A DNA stretch of 64,000 bases. It comes from a virus. Of the stretch, positions 43,664-53,201 are shown in pieces. The position numbers were made by a program, and so were the translations under genes. Under the pieces are notes generated by a model, which saw only the letters and a program-made list of their open reading frames with translations, had not been told where the DNA came from and did not search any database. Within the stretch, counting starts at the first letter, position 1. Each line of letters starts with the position of its first letter. The stretch covers positions 5,379-69,378 of IMG/VR virus record IMGVR_UViG_3300007554_000005. One strand, given 5' to 3'.

Positions 43664-44302
43664 TTGAGCCATAGAATACACGTAATAGAAAACTTTATTA
43701 CTCCAGAAGATGCCGCAATAATGATGCAAGAGCAGGACAGGCCATCAGAGGTGAACCCCTACCCACCATACTACGCCGATAGGTTTGGCGGCACAGCCTT
43801 TCCATACAATAAAAGAATTTTAGACCTTCAGATAAAGTATGGAGAAATGTCTAATGAGGTTCACAAAGAGGTAAACGGTTTTCTTAACCCTATATATGTA
43901 TTCAAGTCATTTGGCTCCGTATGGAATCCAGGGAGCATGGGAGGCCTGCATGAAGACGCACAGGATCCAGAACCCTTTATTGAATGGAGTACGATCATAT
44001 ATCTAAATGATGAGTACGAGGGGGGAACAATATATTTCCCCAATCAAGGTGTGGAAATTTCTCCCAATAAGTACTCTGCAGTTTTTTTCCCAAGTGCTGG
44101 ATCCGAGTACATCCATGGAGTATCGAAGGTAACCTCTGGCACTAGAAGGACATGCCTATATATGCATACGAGTAAGCCAGGCCATGCAGACCCAGACTTC
44201 ATTGGCGGCAGAGTTTTGACAAATGCAAATGACTGGGAGGCACACAGACATCCACACGCTATTGAGCAGGCAGAGAGCGGCGAACCTGGTTATGGGAATT
44301 GA
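43664..44302 (+). CDS. prolyl 4-hydroxylase-like 2OG-Fe(II) oxygenase
   Basis: HED, IIYLNDEYEGGTIYFP, HGVSKVTSGTR; SD AGGAGG. Confidence 0.85.
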   Translation: MSHRIHVIENFITPEDAAIMMQEQDRPSEVNPYPPYYADRFGGTAFPYNKRILDLQIKYGEMSNEVHKEVNGFLNPIYVFKSFGSVWNPGSMGGLHEDAQDPEPFIEWSTIIYLNDEYEGGTIYFPNQGVEISPNKYSAVFFPSAGSEYIHGVSKVTSGTRRTCLYMHTSKPGHADPDFIGGRVLTNANDWEAHRHPHAIEQAESGEPGYGN

Positions 44303-45239
44303 TGCAGACGAAATACTCCTTGATCCACCACTAGAAGTTACTGAGTTCTATAGTCAATTTGGTTTTTCATATGAAGAGTGGTACCCTTATAAAGAAGAGT
44401 TGACTGCGTATATTGCTAAAAAGTTCTCATTGGCCCATCAGCATAAGTCAGGGGTGAATGATCTAATGCTACTTCAACCAGCAACAGTTTCTCCGTTTAA
44501 TGTATACTTTACTAATAAAAATTTAGAGTCAGTGGGGAGATCTTATGACTCAGAGTTCTCTATTAATTCTTCTGGTCTCAGGTCAGACGAATTCTCTAGT
44601 AGTCACAATGGAATGCATATGTTGTTTGCTGGCTGCTCCGTAACTTTTGGTGATGGAATGATAGAAGAGCACACTTGGCCCAAAAAGGTTTATGATAGAA
44701 TAGCCTCAGAACAAAGCGTATCTGGCTACTACAATATAGCTATTCCAGGTGCAAACCACTTAAACATTTATCACCAGATATTTAAATATATTGAGCTATA
44801 CGGTGCTCCAGACGTTTTATTTATTAACTTTCCAGACCTTCTAAGGACCCTCGATGCTGGCATAGAACTTAGTGTATTAGATCGTGTTGTCGCACCAATG
44901 CACCTCGCCCTAGAACTTCTCTGCGAGGAAAAAAATATAAAGCTTATAATGTTTTCCTGGGATAAGCATGTGTTTCTAGAGGGCAGTCCTAGCAGGGACG
45001 CTGACCCACATGATCTGATACAAGGCCATGTGAACGACCCAAGGCTAATCTGGCATAAAGGATTCTACAGATTTGCTGAAAATGATAGGCTACGGCATAA
45101 GATGCAGTTTGCCCAGGCAAATAAGGGGCATGAGCTAGAAGAATATTTCTTTAATGCATTTGATGTAGTGCACCCAGGCATTGCGGAGCAAGACTTTTAT
45201 GCTAACTTTGCATATGAAAAGTGGAAAGATTCAGAGTAG
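44292..45239 (+). CDS. SGNH/GDSL-like hydrolase/acyltransferase
   Basis: NSSGLRSDEF, AGCSVTFGDG, NIAIPG, DVVHPG. Confidence 0.65.
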   Translation: MGIDADEILLDPPLEVTEFYSQFGFSYEEWYPYKEELTAYIAKKFSLAHQHKSGVNDLMLLQPATVSPFNVYFTNKNLESVGRSYDSEFSINSSGLRSDEFSSSHNGMHMLFAGCSVTFGDGMIEEHTWPKKVYDRIASEQSVSGYYNIAIPGANHLNIYHQIFKYIELYGAPDVLFINFPDLLRTLDAGIELSVLDRVVAPMHLALELLCEEKNIKLIMFSWDKHVFLEGSPSRDADPHDLIQGHVNDPRLIWHKGFYRFAENDRLRHKMQFAQANKGHELEEYFFNAFDVVHPGIAEQDFYANFAYEKWKDSE

Positions 45240-45244
45240 TTCTA

Positions 45245-46186
45245 ATGCTTCTTATACGGGACATGTTAAAAATTCCAGCACAAGAAGAGTACCACATGTA
45301 CTCTTTTGACAAGTCTGCGATGGGCACCTACTGGAAACTACAAGATAAGATAAACAAAGAGATACTCTCTGAGATATTTTATAGCCCAGACCCCTGGCCA
45401 GAAGGTCTTAGGCCGATAATTCCACCACAAGACATGAGATCATTTTTTGTTGAAAGGGAGATGCTAAGATCGCAGGGTATGGAGCTTAGTGATATATATT
45501 CTTTAAATAGTTTGAACTATCGTTCAGACGAGTTTACTAAAGATCACGATGGTATGCATGTCCTATTTGTTGGCTGCAGTATAACCTTTGGACAAGGTCT
45601 GCCACTAGATGTTACGTGGCCTAAGATAGTATATGACCACCTAAGCAATGGCTCGAAGCTGAGCGGATTTTTTAATTTAGGCCACCCAGGAATAACGAGG
45701 CTTCAAATATTGTCTCAGATATATGAATATATAAATAGTTATGGAATACCAGACCTAATAGTAGCAAATCTTCCAGACACTTTTAGACAGTTTGCAAAAG
45801 ATTCTATTAGTGAAAAAGTAATCTTAGATGTTAAAGATGCATTTTCTGCATCGGCAAATATCCTTACAGACTTTCTGGATTTAGTAGGATCACGCATAGT
45901 CTATACTTCTTGGAGCAATGAAAACTTTTATGCACCAGTAGATAGTCAGACTGACAAAGAGGTTTACTTCTGGCCACTAGGTAATCCAGAATCTGAAATA
46001 AAAAACTTTAAAGAAATGCCCCATGATGACATGCAGGAATACGTAGACAATTTTAGGATAGAAGATCAGTATAAGGATATTGGAATTCTAAAGTATAGGG
46101 CCTTAGATTTAGCACACCCTGGTATAGCAGAACAATCATTTTATGCATCAGAGTTGATAAAATATATTGATGATTATGGGGTATAA
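45245..46186 (+). CDS. SGNH/GDSL-like protein (paralog)
   Basis: NSLNYRSDEF, VGCSITFGQG, NLGHPG, DLAHPG. Confidence 0.65.
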   Translation: MLLIRDMLKIPAQEEYHMYSFDKSAMGTYWKLQDKINKEILSEIFYSPDPWPEGLRPIIPPQDMRSFFVEREMLRSQGMELSDIYSLNSLNYRSDEFTKDHDGMHVLFVGCSITFGQGLPLDVTWPKIVYDHLSNGSKLSGFFNLGHPGITRLQILSQIYEYINSYGIPDLIVANLPDTFRQFAKDSISEKVILDVKDAFSASANILTDFLDLVGSRIVYTSWSNENFYAPVDSQTDKEVYFWPLGNPESEIKNFKEMPHDDMQEYVDNFRIEDQYKDIGILKYRALDLAHPGIAEQSFYASELIKYIDDYGV

Positions 46187-46193
46187 TTATATT

Positions 46194-46280
46194 ATGAAAA
46201 AAATTATAGAAACCATAAAATTCTTTATCTGGAAAAGAAAAAATCGAGACAAGCTAAAGCCTAGAAAGTATATATACTAA
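46194..46280 (+). CDS. 28-aa basic peptide coupled to carbamoyltransferase (not in ORF track)
   Basis: MKKIIETIKFFIWKRKNRDKLKPRKYIY; starts 6 nt after TATAAT, stop overlaps next ATG (TAATG). Confidence 0.65.
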   Translation: MKKIIETIKFFIWKRKNRDKLKPRKYIY

Positions 46281-47719
46281 TGATCATCTTGGGGGTAAAC
46301 GAGACTACCCACGACGCTTCAGTAACCCTGATAAAAGATAACATAATCTTATTTGCAGGGCATGCGGAGAGGTACAGTAAAGAAAAGAACGACTGGTTTG
46401 TCAATGACTCTTTAATTGATGATGCACTTAAGTACGGCCAGCCTGACCTCATAGCATACTACGAGCACCCAATGCTAAAGAAAACCAGGATTGCAATCAG
46501 CGGTGGTCTTGGTGGGGGAAAACCAAAGTTTAAAGACCACCCAGCCCTACAGAGTGTTCCAGTAAAATACTTTAGCCACCACTATTCACATGCTGCTGCT
46601 GGATACTATACAAGCAGGTTTAATGACGCAGTAATCGTAGTTCTTGATGCTATAGGAGAGTGGAACACCTCCAGCATCTGGGTAGGAGAAGGTGATAAGA
46701 TCAAGAGTGTCTATAAGAAAAACTATCCCTTTAGCTTTGGACTATTTTACTCAGCTTTTACCCAGCTACTTGGCCTAAAGCCTAACGAAGAGGAATACAT
46801 TATGATGGGCATGGCATCATATGGAAAGCCAAAAAGGTTTTATAAGAAAGTATCTGAATACTTCAGCACAATCAATGGTCAAAAATATAATTTTCACAAG
46901 GGCATTGTAGACTGGGACATTGGGGTGACGGACGTTAACAAGTACGATATAGCAGCAGCTGTTCAAAAGGTATACGAGGATAGACTATATGAGTTTATGG
47001 AGTTTGCCAAGAAAAAGACTGGCAAGCATAACCTAGTTTTCATGGGCGGATGTGCTCTTAATGCTACGGCTAACACTTCTCTCTGGAGTCAGTTCGCAGA
47101 CGTATGGATTATGCCAAACCCAGGAGATGCTGGTAGCTCACTTGGAGCAGCAGCAGCCGCTTATGGCAAACACCTTAACTGGAGAAATCCCTACTTGGGT
47201 TACAATCTAGGAGAGTCTAGGTATCCAGCAGAGTCAGCCCTTAATGCAATTCTAAGCGATGGTGTTGCACCAGTTGTATACGGCAGGGCAGAGTATGGCC
47301 CAAGAGCTTTAGGAAATAGGAGCATCCTAGCTGATCCAAGAGATCCAGAGATAAAGGACAAGGTTAATAGAATTAAGAAGAGGGAGCTATTCCGACCCTT
47401 TGCACCAGTAGTTTTAGAAGAGCACGCATCTGAATGGTTTGACCTACCAGCCACTTCGCCATATATGCAGTATACGGTTAGGTGTAAGCAGCCAAACCTG
47501 ATACCAAGCGTGGTTCATGTTGATGGAACATCTAGGGTACAGACAGTAAATAGGCACCAGCACCCAGGATTACACAGGCTACTAACCTTATTCTATAAAG
47601 AGACTGGGGTCCCAGTCCTACTAAATACTAGCCTTAACATAAAAGGTCAGCCCCTTTTAAATGACGAACATGATATAATTGAATGGGAAAAGACCTACGG
47701 GCAGAAAGTGATAAGATGA
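46280..47719 (+). CDS. carbamoyltransferase (NodU/CmcH/TobZ family)
   Basis: HDAS, HHYSHAA, GGCALN, GPRALGNRSIL, KKRELFRPFAP, LNTSLN. Confidence 0.93.
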   Translation: MIILGVNETTHDASVTLIKDNIILFAGHAERYSKEKNDWFVNDSLIDDALKYGQPDLIAYYEHPMLKKTRIAISGGLGGGKPKFKDHPALQSVPVKYFSHHYSHAAAGYYTSRFNDAVIVVLDAIGEWNTSSIWVGEGDKIKSVYKKNYPFSFGLFYSAFTQLLGLKPNEEEYIMMGMASYGKPKRFYKKVSEYFSTINGQKYNFHKGIVDWDIGVTDVNKYDIAAAVQKVYEDRLYEFMEFAKKKTGKHNLVFMGGCALNATANTSLWSQFADVWIMPNPGDAGSSLGAAAAAYGKHLNWRNPYLGYNLGESRYPAESALNAILSDGVAPVVYGRAEYGPRALGNRSILADPRDPEIKDKVNRIKKRELFRPFAPVVLEEHASEWFDLPATSPYMQYTVRCKQPNLIPSVVHVDGTSRVQTVNRHQHPGLHRLLTLFYKETGVPVLLNTSLNIKGQPLLNDEHDIIEWEKTYGQKVIR

Positions 47720-48375
47720 GTTTAGAGTTTGAAGTGTTAGACCTAGGGCTAGTGTACTATAAGAATATCATACCAAGAACAGAGTATATTGTAGATCTTG
47801 TAAAGAAACTATCAGATAGGTACGATAGCGGAGAGCATGGCGATAATTGGACAGCAGTACGCCCATGGGAGGCCTGGTGGGATCCGCACATGCCAAAGCC
47901 ATTTAACCACAAGTTCTATATATTCCGCCATAATGAGATTCAAAATGATGACTTCTATAGGGATGACCTAATTCAAATTGCAGATTCTCTATATGGCTCA
48001 CTGGATGAGGCATTTAAGCACTATTCCGAGTCGCTATATCCTTGGGCCAAAGCGGCTGTAAAGTCAGAAGAGCCACTTGATGGTATTCTTAGGTATGAGG
48101 ACGATGGGGGTCACCTCCCAGCACACCAGGATCTGGGGGTAAGCAGCAGGCTAATTTCTACTGTCAGCTATCTAAATGATAACTACGATGGTGGAGAGAT
48201 TGAGTTTAGGCAGTCTGGTGTAAAGATTAAGCCAGAGGCTGGAAGTATTGTATTTTTCCCATCAAACTATCTTTATGTCCACGAGATTATGCCAATCACT
48301 AGTGGAACAAGGTACTCTATGCCTCATTGGTATCACCATCTAGAAAAACCTAGAATGTCAGATGGCACAGAATAA
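47716..48375 (+). CDS. prolyl 4-hydroxylase-like 2OG-Fe(II) oxygenase
   Basis: HQD, YLNDNYDGGEIEF, FPSNYLYVHE, GTRYS; ATGA overlap. Confidence 0.85.
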   Translation: MSLEFEVLDLGLVYYKNIIPRTEYIVDLVKKLSDRYDSGEHGDNWTAVRPWEAWWDPHMPKPFNHKFYIFRHNEIQNDDFYRDDLIQIADSLYGSLDEAFKHYSESLYPWAKAAVKSEEPLDGILRYEDDGGHLPAHQDLGVSSRLISTVSYLNDNYDGGEIEFRQSGVKIKPEAGSIVFFPSNYLYVHEIMPITSGTRYSMPHWYHHLEKPRMSDGTE

Positions 48376-48406
48376 CGTTATAACATACAAACAATAAGGA
48401 GACAGC

Positions 48407-49198
48407 ATGTCAAAGTATCAACAGCCCATTGACGGGGCATACGGAAAAACTTGGAAGATTACTTCTAAGATGGGTTGGAGAATTCACCCAGTCAAGAAGA
48501 CACGAAAGCACCACAACGGAACAGACATCTGTGGACTAGGCAGAGCCCCATGGTATGTCGAAGCCTTCGCTGGGGGTACAGTTCTAAAGGCTAGGGTTTC
48601 TGATGCAGCTGGTGGTGGATTTGGGCACTATGTTGTAATCCGCCATATGATTGACGGAGAGTACTACACATCTCTATACGCACATCTAGAGCCAGGGTCC
48701 ATCCAGGTAAAGCCAGGACAAAAGGTTAAGCCTGGAACTGTCCTAGGAAAAATGGGGACATCTGGGATGTCAACTGGTATTCATCTTCACTGGGAAATTT
48801 GGAAGGGCAAGACTCACGGGTGGTCCGCAGACGGTAAGGGCTTTGTTGAGCCAATCAGCTTTGTAAAGGCACTGACCGCTGCAGAAAAAGCCAAGGCTTA
48901 CGCAAACGTAGCAACAGATGAGAAGGAGCCAACGGCTCCTGCACCAGTGCATGAGCCAGCCAAGAAGAAAAAGATTAATCCTTATGGTGTTGCACGCAAG
49001 ATGCCAGTAGGTGCTCCAAAAAAGCCAGCTGCAAAGAAGGTTGACAAGCCAGCACCTAAGGTGTATACTGTTAAGAGCGGAGATACCCTTGGTAAGATTG
49101 CTAGGGCAAATAAAACCACAATCTCTGCACTATCAAAGCTTAATGGCATTAAGAATCCTAACCTGATTAGAGTTGGCCAAAAGATTAAGCTTTCTTAA
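48407..49198 (+). CDS. endolysin: M23 peptidase + LysM
   Basis: [18 protein letters not shown]; C-terminal [24 protein letters not shown]. Confidence 0.9.
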   Translation: MSKYQQPIDGAYGKTWKITSKMGWRIHPVKKTRKHHNGTDICGLGRAPWYVEAFAGGTVLKARVSDAAGGGFGHYVVIRHMIDGEYYTSLYAHLEPGSIQVKPGQKVKPGTVLGKMGTSGMSTGIHLHWEIWKGKTHGWSADGKGFVEPISFVKALTAAEKAKAYANVATDEKEPTAPAPVHEPAKKKKINPYGVARKMPVGAPKKPAAKKVDKPAPKVYTVKSGDTLGKIARANKTTISALSKLNGIKNPNLIRVGQKIKLS

Positions 49199-49212
49199 AG
49201 AGAGGTATTCAT

Positions 49213-49413
49213 TTGGAGTCTAAGCGTAAAAGTCTGGTAAAGACTGCAAGCTGGGAGACTTTTCATCTTGTCGGTGTAGCTGGTGTAATATACCTGTTTA
49301 CTGGTGAGTGGGAGTATGCCAGCCTAGGTGCATTGATCTATATAGCGTGGGAGGCAATAGGATATTTTCTACACGAACGCCTCTGGGCCAAATGGGGTAG
49401 GGGGCTAAAATAA
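49213..49413 (+). CDS. DUF2061-like membrane protein
   Basis: ESKRKSLVKTASW...YFLHERLW. Confidence 0.7.
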   Translation: MESKRKSLVKTASWETFHLVGVAGVIYLFTGEWEYASLGALIYIAWEAIGYFLHERLWAKWGRGLK

Positions 49414-49596
49414 ATGCCGCTTTATGAGTATGAGTGCCTAAAGTGCGGAGTCTCTTCTCCGATTTTTCGTGGCATTAATGAGGAAGATCCTGGGTACCAA
49501 TGTAAAGATTGCAGCGAGCCCTTGTCTAGAAAATTTGCAGTGGGGGGTGTTCAGTTTAATGGTGGAGGATTCTACAGTACCGACAACAAGCGATAG
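49414..49596 (+). CDS. FmdB-family zinc-ribbon protein
   Basis: MPLYEYECLKCG...CKDC...FNGGGFYSTD. Confidence 0.85.
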   Translation: MPLYEYECLKCGVSSPIFRGINEEDPGYQCKDCSEPLSRKFAVGGVQFNGGGFYSTDNKR

Positions 49597-49813
49597 CCCC
49601 ATTCTTTCACAGCAAGATAGGTGCGATCTATGCGGTGCTCAGGCATACGTCCTGGTGCGAGGGATGAGTGGAGAGCTAATGTTCTGCTCCCATGATTATA
49701 ACGATATAGTGATGTCAGATTCGGGCAAACAAAAGATAGAGGCATTCTCCTTTGAGACGATAGACGAGAGAGATAAACTAATAGAGAACCGCCTGATAGG
49801 AGACAACGTATAA
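49559..49813 (+). CDS. small Zn-binding protein of actinobacterial type
   Basis: DRCDLCGAQAYV...LMFCSH...IDER. Confidence 0.6.
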   Translation: MVEDSTVPTTSDSPILSQQDRCDLCGAQAYVLVRGMSGELMFCSHDYNDIVMSDSGKQKIEAFSFETIDERDKLIENRLIGDNV

Positions 49814-50217
49814 TGTATGAGTATTACGTAAAAGAAGTTACAAAAATTGTAGATGGCGATACTATTGACGTAATCATGGACTTAGGGTTTGACATTCACT
49901 TCAAGTCTAGGGTTAGGTTGGCTGGTATTGACACACCAGAGTCAAGGACCAGGGATCTTAATGAGAAGAGGCTTGGCCTAGAAGCTAAGCACTATCTAGA
50001 AACAAAGATTAAAGAAGCAGAGACTGTGACTATTCGTACAGAGAAGAGTAATAGTGCTGGTAAATATGGTCGTGTTCTTGGCTGGATCCATCTAGACCAC
50101 AATGATAAGTCTGTGAATATGGAGATGGTGGAGAAGGGCTATGCTTGGGGATATCTAGGTGACACGAAAGTTAAAAACTTTGACGAACTACTAGCCAAGA
50201 GAAAGTCTAATGGCTAG
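49813..50217 (+). CDS. staphylococcal nuclease (SNase)-like thermonuclease
   Basis: VDGDTIDV, RLAGIDTPE, GKYGRVLG. Confidence 0.9.
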   Translation: MYEYYVKEVTKIVDGDTIDVIMDLGFDIHFKSRVRLAGIDTPESRTRDLNEKRLGLEAKHYLETKIKEAETVTIRTEKSNSAGKYGRVLGWIHLDHNDKSVNMEMVEKGYAWGYLGDTKVKNFDELLAKRKSNG

Positions 50218-50539
50218 CTCTGCAGATGACTACATAGAAAAGCTAATCCTTGCTGGTGCCATCGAAGTAGCTGGAATAGACTCTGAAACGGGAGAGTTTA
50301 TGTACTCGTTTACAGAAAAAATCAAGGAGATAGACGAAGAGCTTAAGCAAAGAATGGATGATCTATTTCTTGACGAGGTTAATCAACTTTGGGAGAGGGG
50401 CTTCTTGGATATGAATGTGACAGAATCTAACCCAGTCGTTAGGCTATCTAGCAGGGCCCTGTCTCAGAATGATAGAGATTGCTTGCCTCAAAACTTAAAA
50501 GAAACTTTAGAATACATTATACGACTATTAAAACTATAA
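50210..50539 (+). CDS. hypothetical protein
   Basis: 109 aa ORF, overlapping operon packing. Confidence 0.6.
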   Translation: MASSADDYIEKLILAGAIEVAGIDSETGEFMYSFTEKIKEIDEELKQRMDDLFLDEVNQLWERGFLDMNVTESNPVVRLSSRALSQNDRDCLPQNLKETLEYIIRLLKL

Positions 50540-50564
50540 AGTATAATAATATGGGAGGCTATTA

Positions 50565-50984
50565 ATGGAGTACGTTATTGGAGCACTTACAGCATTGTCT
50601 GCTGTGCTAATCACGTATAACTTTTTTAAGTTTAACATAGATAGTATAAAGAGAATTGATGTTCAGTATACGCAAAGCTATAACTTTGATGTACTAAAAC
50701 CCTGGGGAGTCATGCCAGCCAAGATACAAAAGAAGCCAGTAGGCCAGTCCTTTGACTACCTAGAGAAGCATTCTACTAAGGTTGTTCTAACCGAAGACAC
50801 GGCATATTGGATAAAGAACGATGCTCTTCTAGCAGCAGAGATCGTTAACGGAAAAATAATTGAAGAAACTACAAAAACAGTTGACACAATGTCCATGAGT
50901 AATGTAGAATTAGATACTATAGCATTTATTGTTGAGACACTAACGAAAGGCCAAGACAATGAAAATCCTTATTCAGGGAACTAA
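50565..50984 (+). CDS. membrane-anchored hypothetical protein
   Basis: N-terminal TM helix; SD GGAGG. Confidence 0.6.
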   Translation: MEYVIGALTALSAVLITYNFFKFNIDSIKRIDVQYTQSYNFDVLKPWGVMPAKIQKKPVGQSFDYLEKHSTKVVLTEDTAYWIKNDALLAAEIVNGKIIEETTKTVDTMSMSNVELDTIAFIVETLTKGQDNENPYSGN

Positions 50985-51312
50985 GGCTTTTAGCCACTAC
51001 GAAATATTTATTAATGCACTTGGCAGGTCTATAAGATCTATGGATAGCGAAGACCATGAGCTAACCTTGTTTTCTCTAGGTCCAGCTAATATTAACTCGA
51101 TGGCCTACGAGTTCACCAATATTTCAGAGAACACTCTGAAGGCTAATGGAATTAAGGGCAAGGTCGTAAAGGTGACCAGGTCCTGGGTACGAGACAATCT
51201 CGACGAGTTAGATGAATTCATCTACCTATGTAACCCAAAAGAAGCACTATCTGACATGGCAACCCTAGTAGATAAAAAGGGTAGACCAGACCTGAACGTG
51301 TTTCGATACTAG
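50959..51312 (+). CDS. hypothetical protein
   Basis: 117 aa ORF. Confidence 0.55.
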   Translation: MKILIQGTKAFSHYEIFINALGRSIRSMDSEDHELTLFSLGPANINSMAYEFTNISENTLKANGIKGKVVKVTRSWVRDNLDELDEFIYLCNPKEALSDMATLVDKKGRPDLNVFRY

Positions 51313-51326
51313 ACGGAGAGAAAGAA

Positions 51327-51536
51327 ATGAACATCACTTCACTAGAGCAAATGGAAAAAATTGTTTCAAGAAATAAGATGCTATCATGGCGTGGTTGGGA
51401 CGTAGTCTTTTCAAAGGCATATCCTGGTGCATGGTCTAACAAGAATGGTGCATTTGTAAAGGGCGTATGGTACTCTCAAGACATCTTTGAGGTTGGGTCA
51501 AACGGCTGGGAGATTCCGAATAAGCTTGTGAGGTAG
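51327..51536 (+). CDS. hypothetical protein
   Basis: 69 aa Trp-rich ORF with SD. Confidence 0.6.
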   Translation: MNITSLEQMEKIVSRNKMLSWRGWDVVFSKAYPGAWSNKNGAFVKGVWYSQDIFEVGSNGWEIPNKLVR

Positions 51537-51539
51537 CTC

Positions 51540-51827
51540 ATGAGTAAGGAAGCGTGGAAGCAGGATGCGTCTTGCCTAAACTACGATGTAAACATATTCT
51601 TTGAAACCTATGAGGAAAATGAGCAGCTCCGTCCTGCAGTAGAGCAGCTTTGTGGTGGATGTCCAGTTGCAAGAGAATGTTTTGCAGTTGGAGTTTCTCA
51701 AAAGGAATACGGTGTCTGGGGTGGTGTCTATCTGGAGCATGGAAAAGTTTCCAGGGAATTTGGTCGGCACAAGACCAAGAAGCAATGGGCAGAAACATGG
51801 AAGAGGCTTACACAAAATGTACACTGA
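51540..51827 (+). CDS. whiB: WhiB-family transcription factor
   Basis: W..ASC...FF...C-x2-CPV..EC, GVWGG. Confidence 0.9.
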   Translation: MSKEAWKQDASCLNYDVNIFFETYEENEQLRPAVEQLCGGCPVARECFAVGVSQKEYGVWGGVYLEHGKVSREFGRHKTKKQWAETWKRLTQNVH

Positions 51828-52065
51828 TCCAATGAGAAGGGCAGTTCAATCACTGTCTAGCTATGCACCAAAAGGCTTCTACCTAGATATCATTGACGAG
51901 GACCACTTCCTTGTAGTGAGAGCAAGCGAGAGGGTATTCATGTCTTTGCCAAATGTGGAGACAAAGAGAATGGCCGTAGACTACATGATTAGGATCAAGA
52001 AAGCACTGGAAGACAATGGTGCTATCGTAATGTTAACTAGAGAAGGAGGTAAGGAAGATGTCTGA
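51817..52065 (+). CDS. hypothetical protein
   Basis: MYTDPMRRA...KKALEDNGAIV; start ATG 51817. Confidence 0.6.
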   Translation: MYTDPMRRAVQSLSSYAPKGFYLDIIDEDHFLVVRASERVFMSLPNVETKRMAVDYMIRIKKALEDNGAIVMLTREGGKEDV

Positions 52066-52219
52066 AACTAAACTAACAGAAGAGCAACACAAACTTGTTA
52101 ATTATATTCTCGCACAGGGTGTGCTAGGAGAAAGAGATAGGATCTTGAGCTTGATTAATGCTGAAGAATCTGATACAATTTCTAAGGAGAATATCATTAA
52201 GCTAATTAGTGAGGAGTAG
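52058..52219 (+). CDS. small hypothetical protein (53 aa, not in ORF track)
   Basis: SD AGGAGG/AAGGA; MSETKLTEEQH...GERDRILSLI; fills gap. Confidence 0.55.
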   Translation: MSETKLTEEQHKLVNYILAQGVLGERDRILSLINAEESDTISKENIIKLISEE

Positions 52220-52220
52220 C

Positions 52221-52583
52221 ATGGAGCTAGGACTGTTTATAGCTACAATAGTATCTATTGTTTCTGGTGCTGCTATATCTATTAATAGGCATCTTAAGTA
52301 TCGCAAAGCAATAGAGCGTGTAACACAGCTTGAGATAGATAAGCTTACAGTATCAAATGCCTTGTTGGATGCTCATCAGGAGCTTGAGAACTTCAGACTT
52401 GGAGAGACAGAGGAGTTTGTTAAATTCTTGTCTACATCTAGACAGTGGGCATTTGACTTCATAGATGAAATCCAGGTAACACTTAAAGATCTTTTCGAAA
52501 TGCTTAATAAGCCAGGGCAGGATACCCAAGAACTTTTAACCAAGTTTAGAGAGCTTAAAAGATTTCTTCCGAAAGATAATTAG
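52221..52583 (+). CDS. membrane-anchored coiled-coil protein
   Basis: N-terminal TM; EEFVKFLSTSRQWAFDFIDE. Confidence 0.6.
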   Translation: MELGLFIATIVSIVSGAAISINRHLKYRKAIERVTQLEIDKLTVSNALLDAHQELENFRLGETEEFVKFLSTSRQWAFDFIDEIQVTLKDLFEMLNKPGQDTQELLTKFRELKRFLPKDN

Positions 52584-52618
52584 TATGATACACTGTATAT
52601 CTAATTTGGAGGAACACA

Positions 52619-52786
52619 ATGTTAGCACTAAAAGATGCTATACAAAAACGCAAGTATCTGTATGATGTTTGTGAGGAGTCTACTTGCTTTAATAGACAAG
52701 AAGAAACCTATACTACAACTGAAAATAGAAGCATACAATTATGCAATACACACTATCACCAAATAGCTGATGAAGTTCTTTGGTAA
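52619..52786 (+). CDS. small Zn-finger protein (55 aa, not in ORF track)
   Basis: SD GGAGG; C-x4-C ... C-x2-H. Confidence 0.6.
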   Translation: MLALKDAIQKRKYLYDVCEESTCFNRQEETYTTTENRSIQLCNTHYHQIADEVLW

Positions 52787-52798
52787 AAGGAGAGAAAC

Positions 52799-53155
52799 AT
52801 GAATAAGGCTATGATTGATTCATATCTACGTAACCTGCTGGGTGTAGTCCTAGCACTAGTAACCACTGCAATGGCATCTGCTGGCGTCTCATCGCCACTA
52901 GATCTAGGCACTGGAGAATGGCTAGGAGTTCTTAATGGTGTTTGGGCAGCTGCAGTACCAACTGTCATTCGCTACCTAAATACTAAGGACCCAGCTTTTG
53001 GTCGTATCGCTGACTCAGTGGCTGGAGAAATTGCAGCTAAGATTGATGAGGCAGCAACAAAGGCCAAGTCGTCTGCACCAAAGGCTCCAGCTAAGAAGCC
53101 TGCAGCCAAGAAGCCATCTGCTGGTGGCGGAGGAACTGCAAAGAAAGTTCAGTAG
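52799..53155 (+). CDS. holin-like membrane protein with Lys/Ala/Pro-rich tail
   Basis: SYLR, TM segments, RYLNTKDPAFGR motif, AKKPAAKK tail. Confidence 0.55.
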   Translation: MNKAMIDSYLRNLLGVVLALVTTAMASAGVSSPLDLGTGEWLGVLNGVWAAAVPTVIRYLNTKDPAFGRIADSVAGEIAAKIDEAATKAKSSAPKAPAKKPAAKKPSAGGGGTAKKVQ

Positions 53156-53165
53156 ACAATATAAA

Positions 53166-53200
53166 GGATAGCCCTTGGATATTTCCAGGGGCTATTTTTT
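53166..53200 (+). terminator. intrinsic terminator
   Basis: ATAGCCCTTGGA-TATT-TCCAGGGGCTAT plus T run. Confidence 0.85.
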
Positions 53201-53201
53201 A

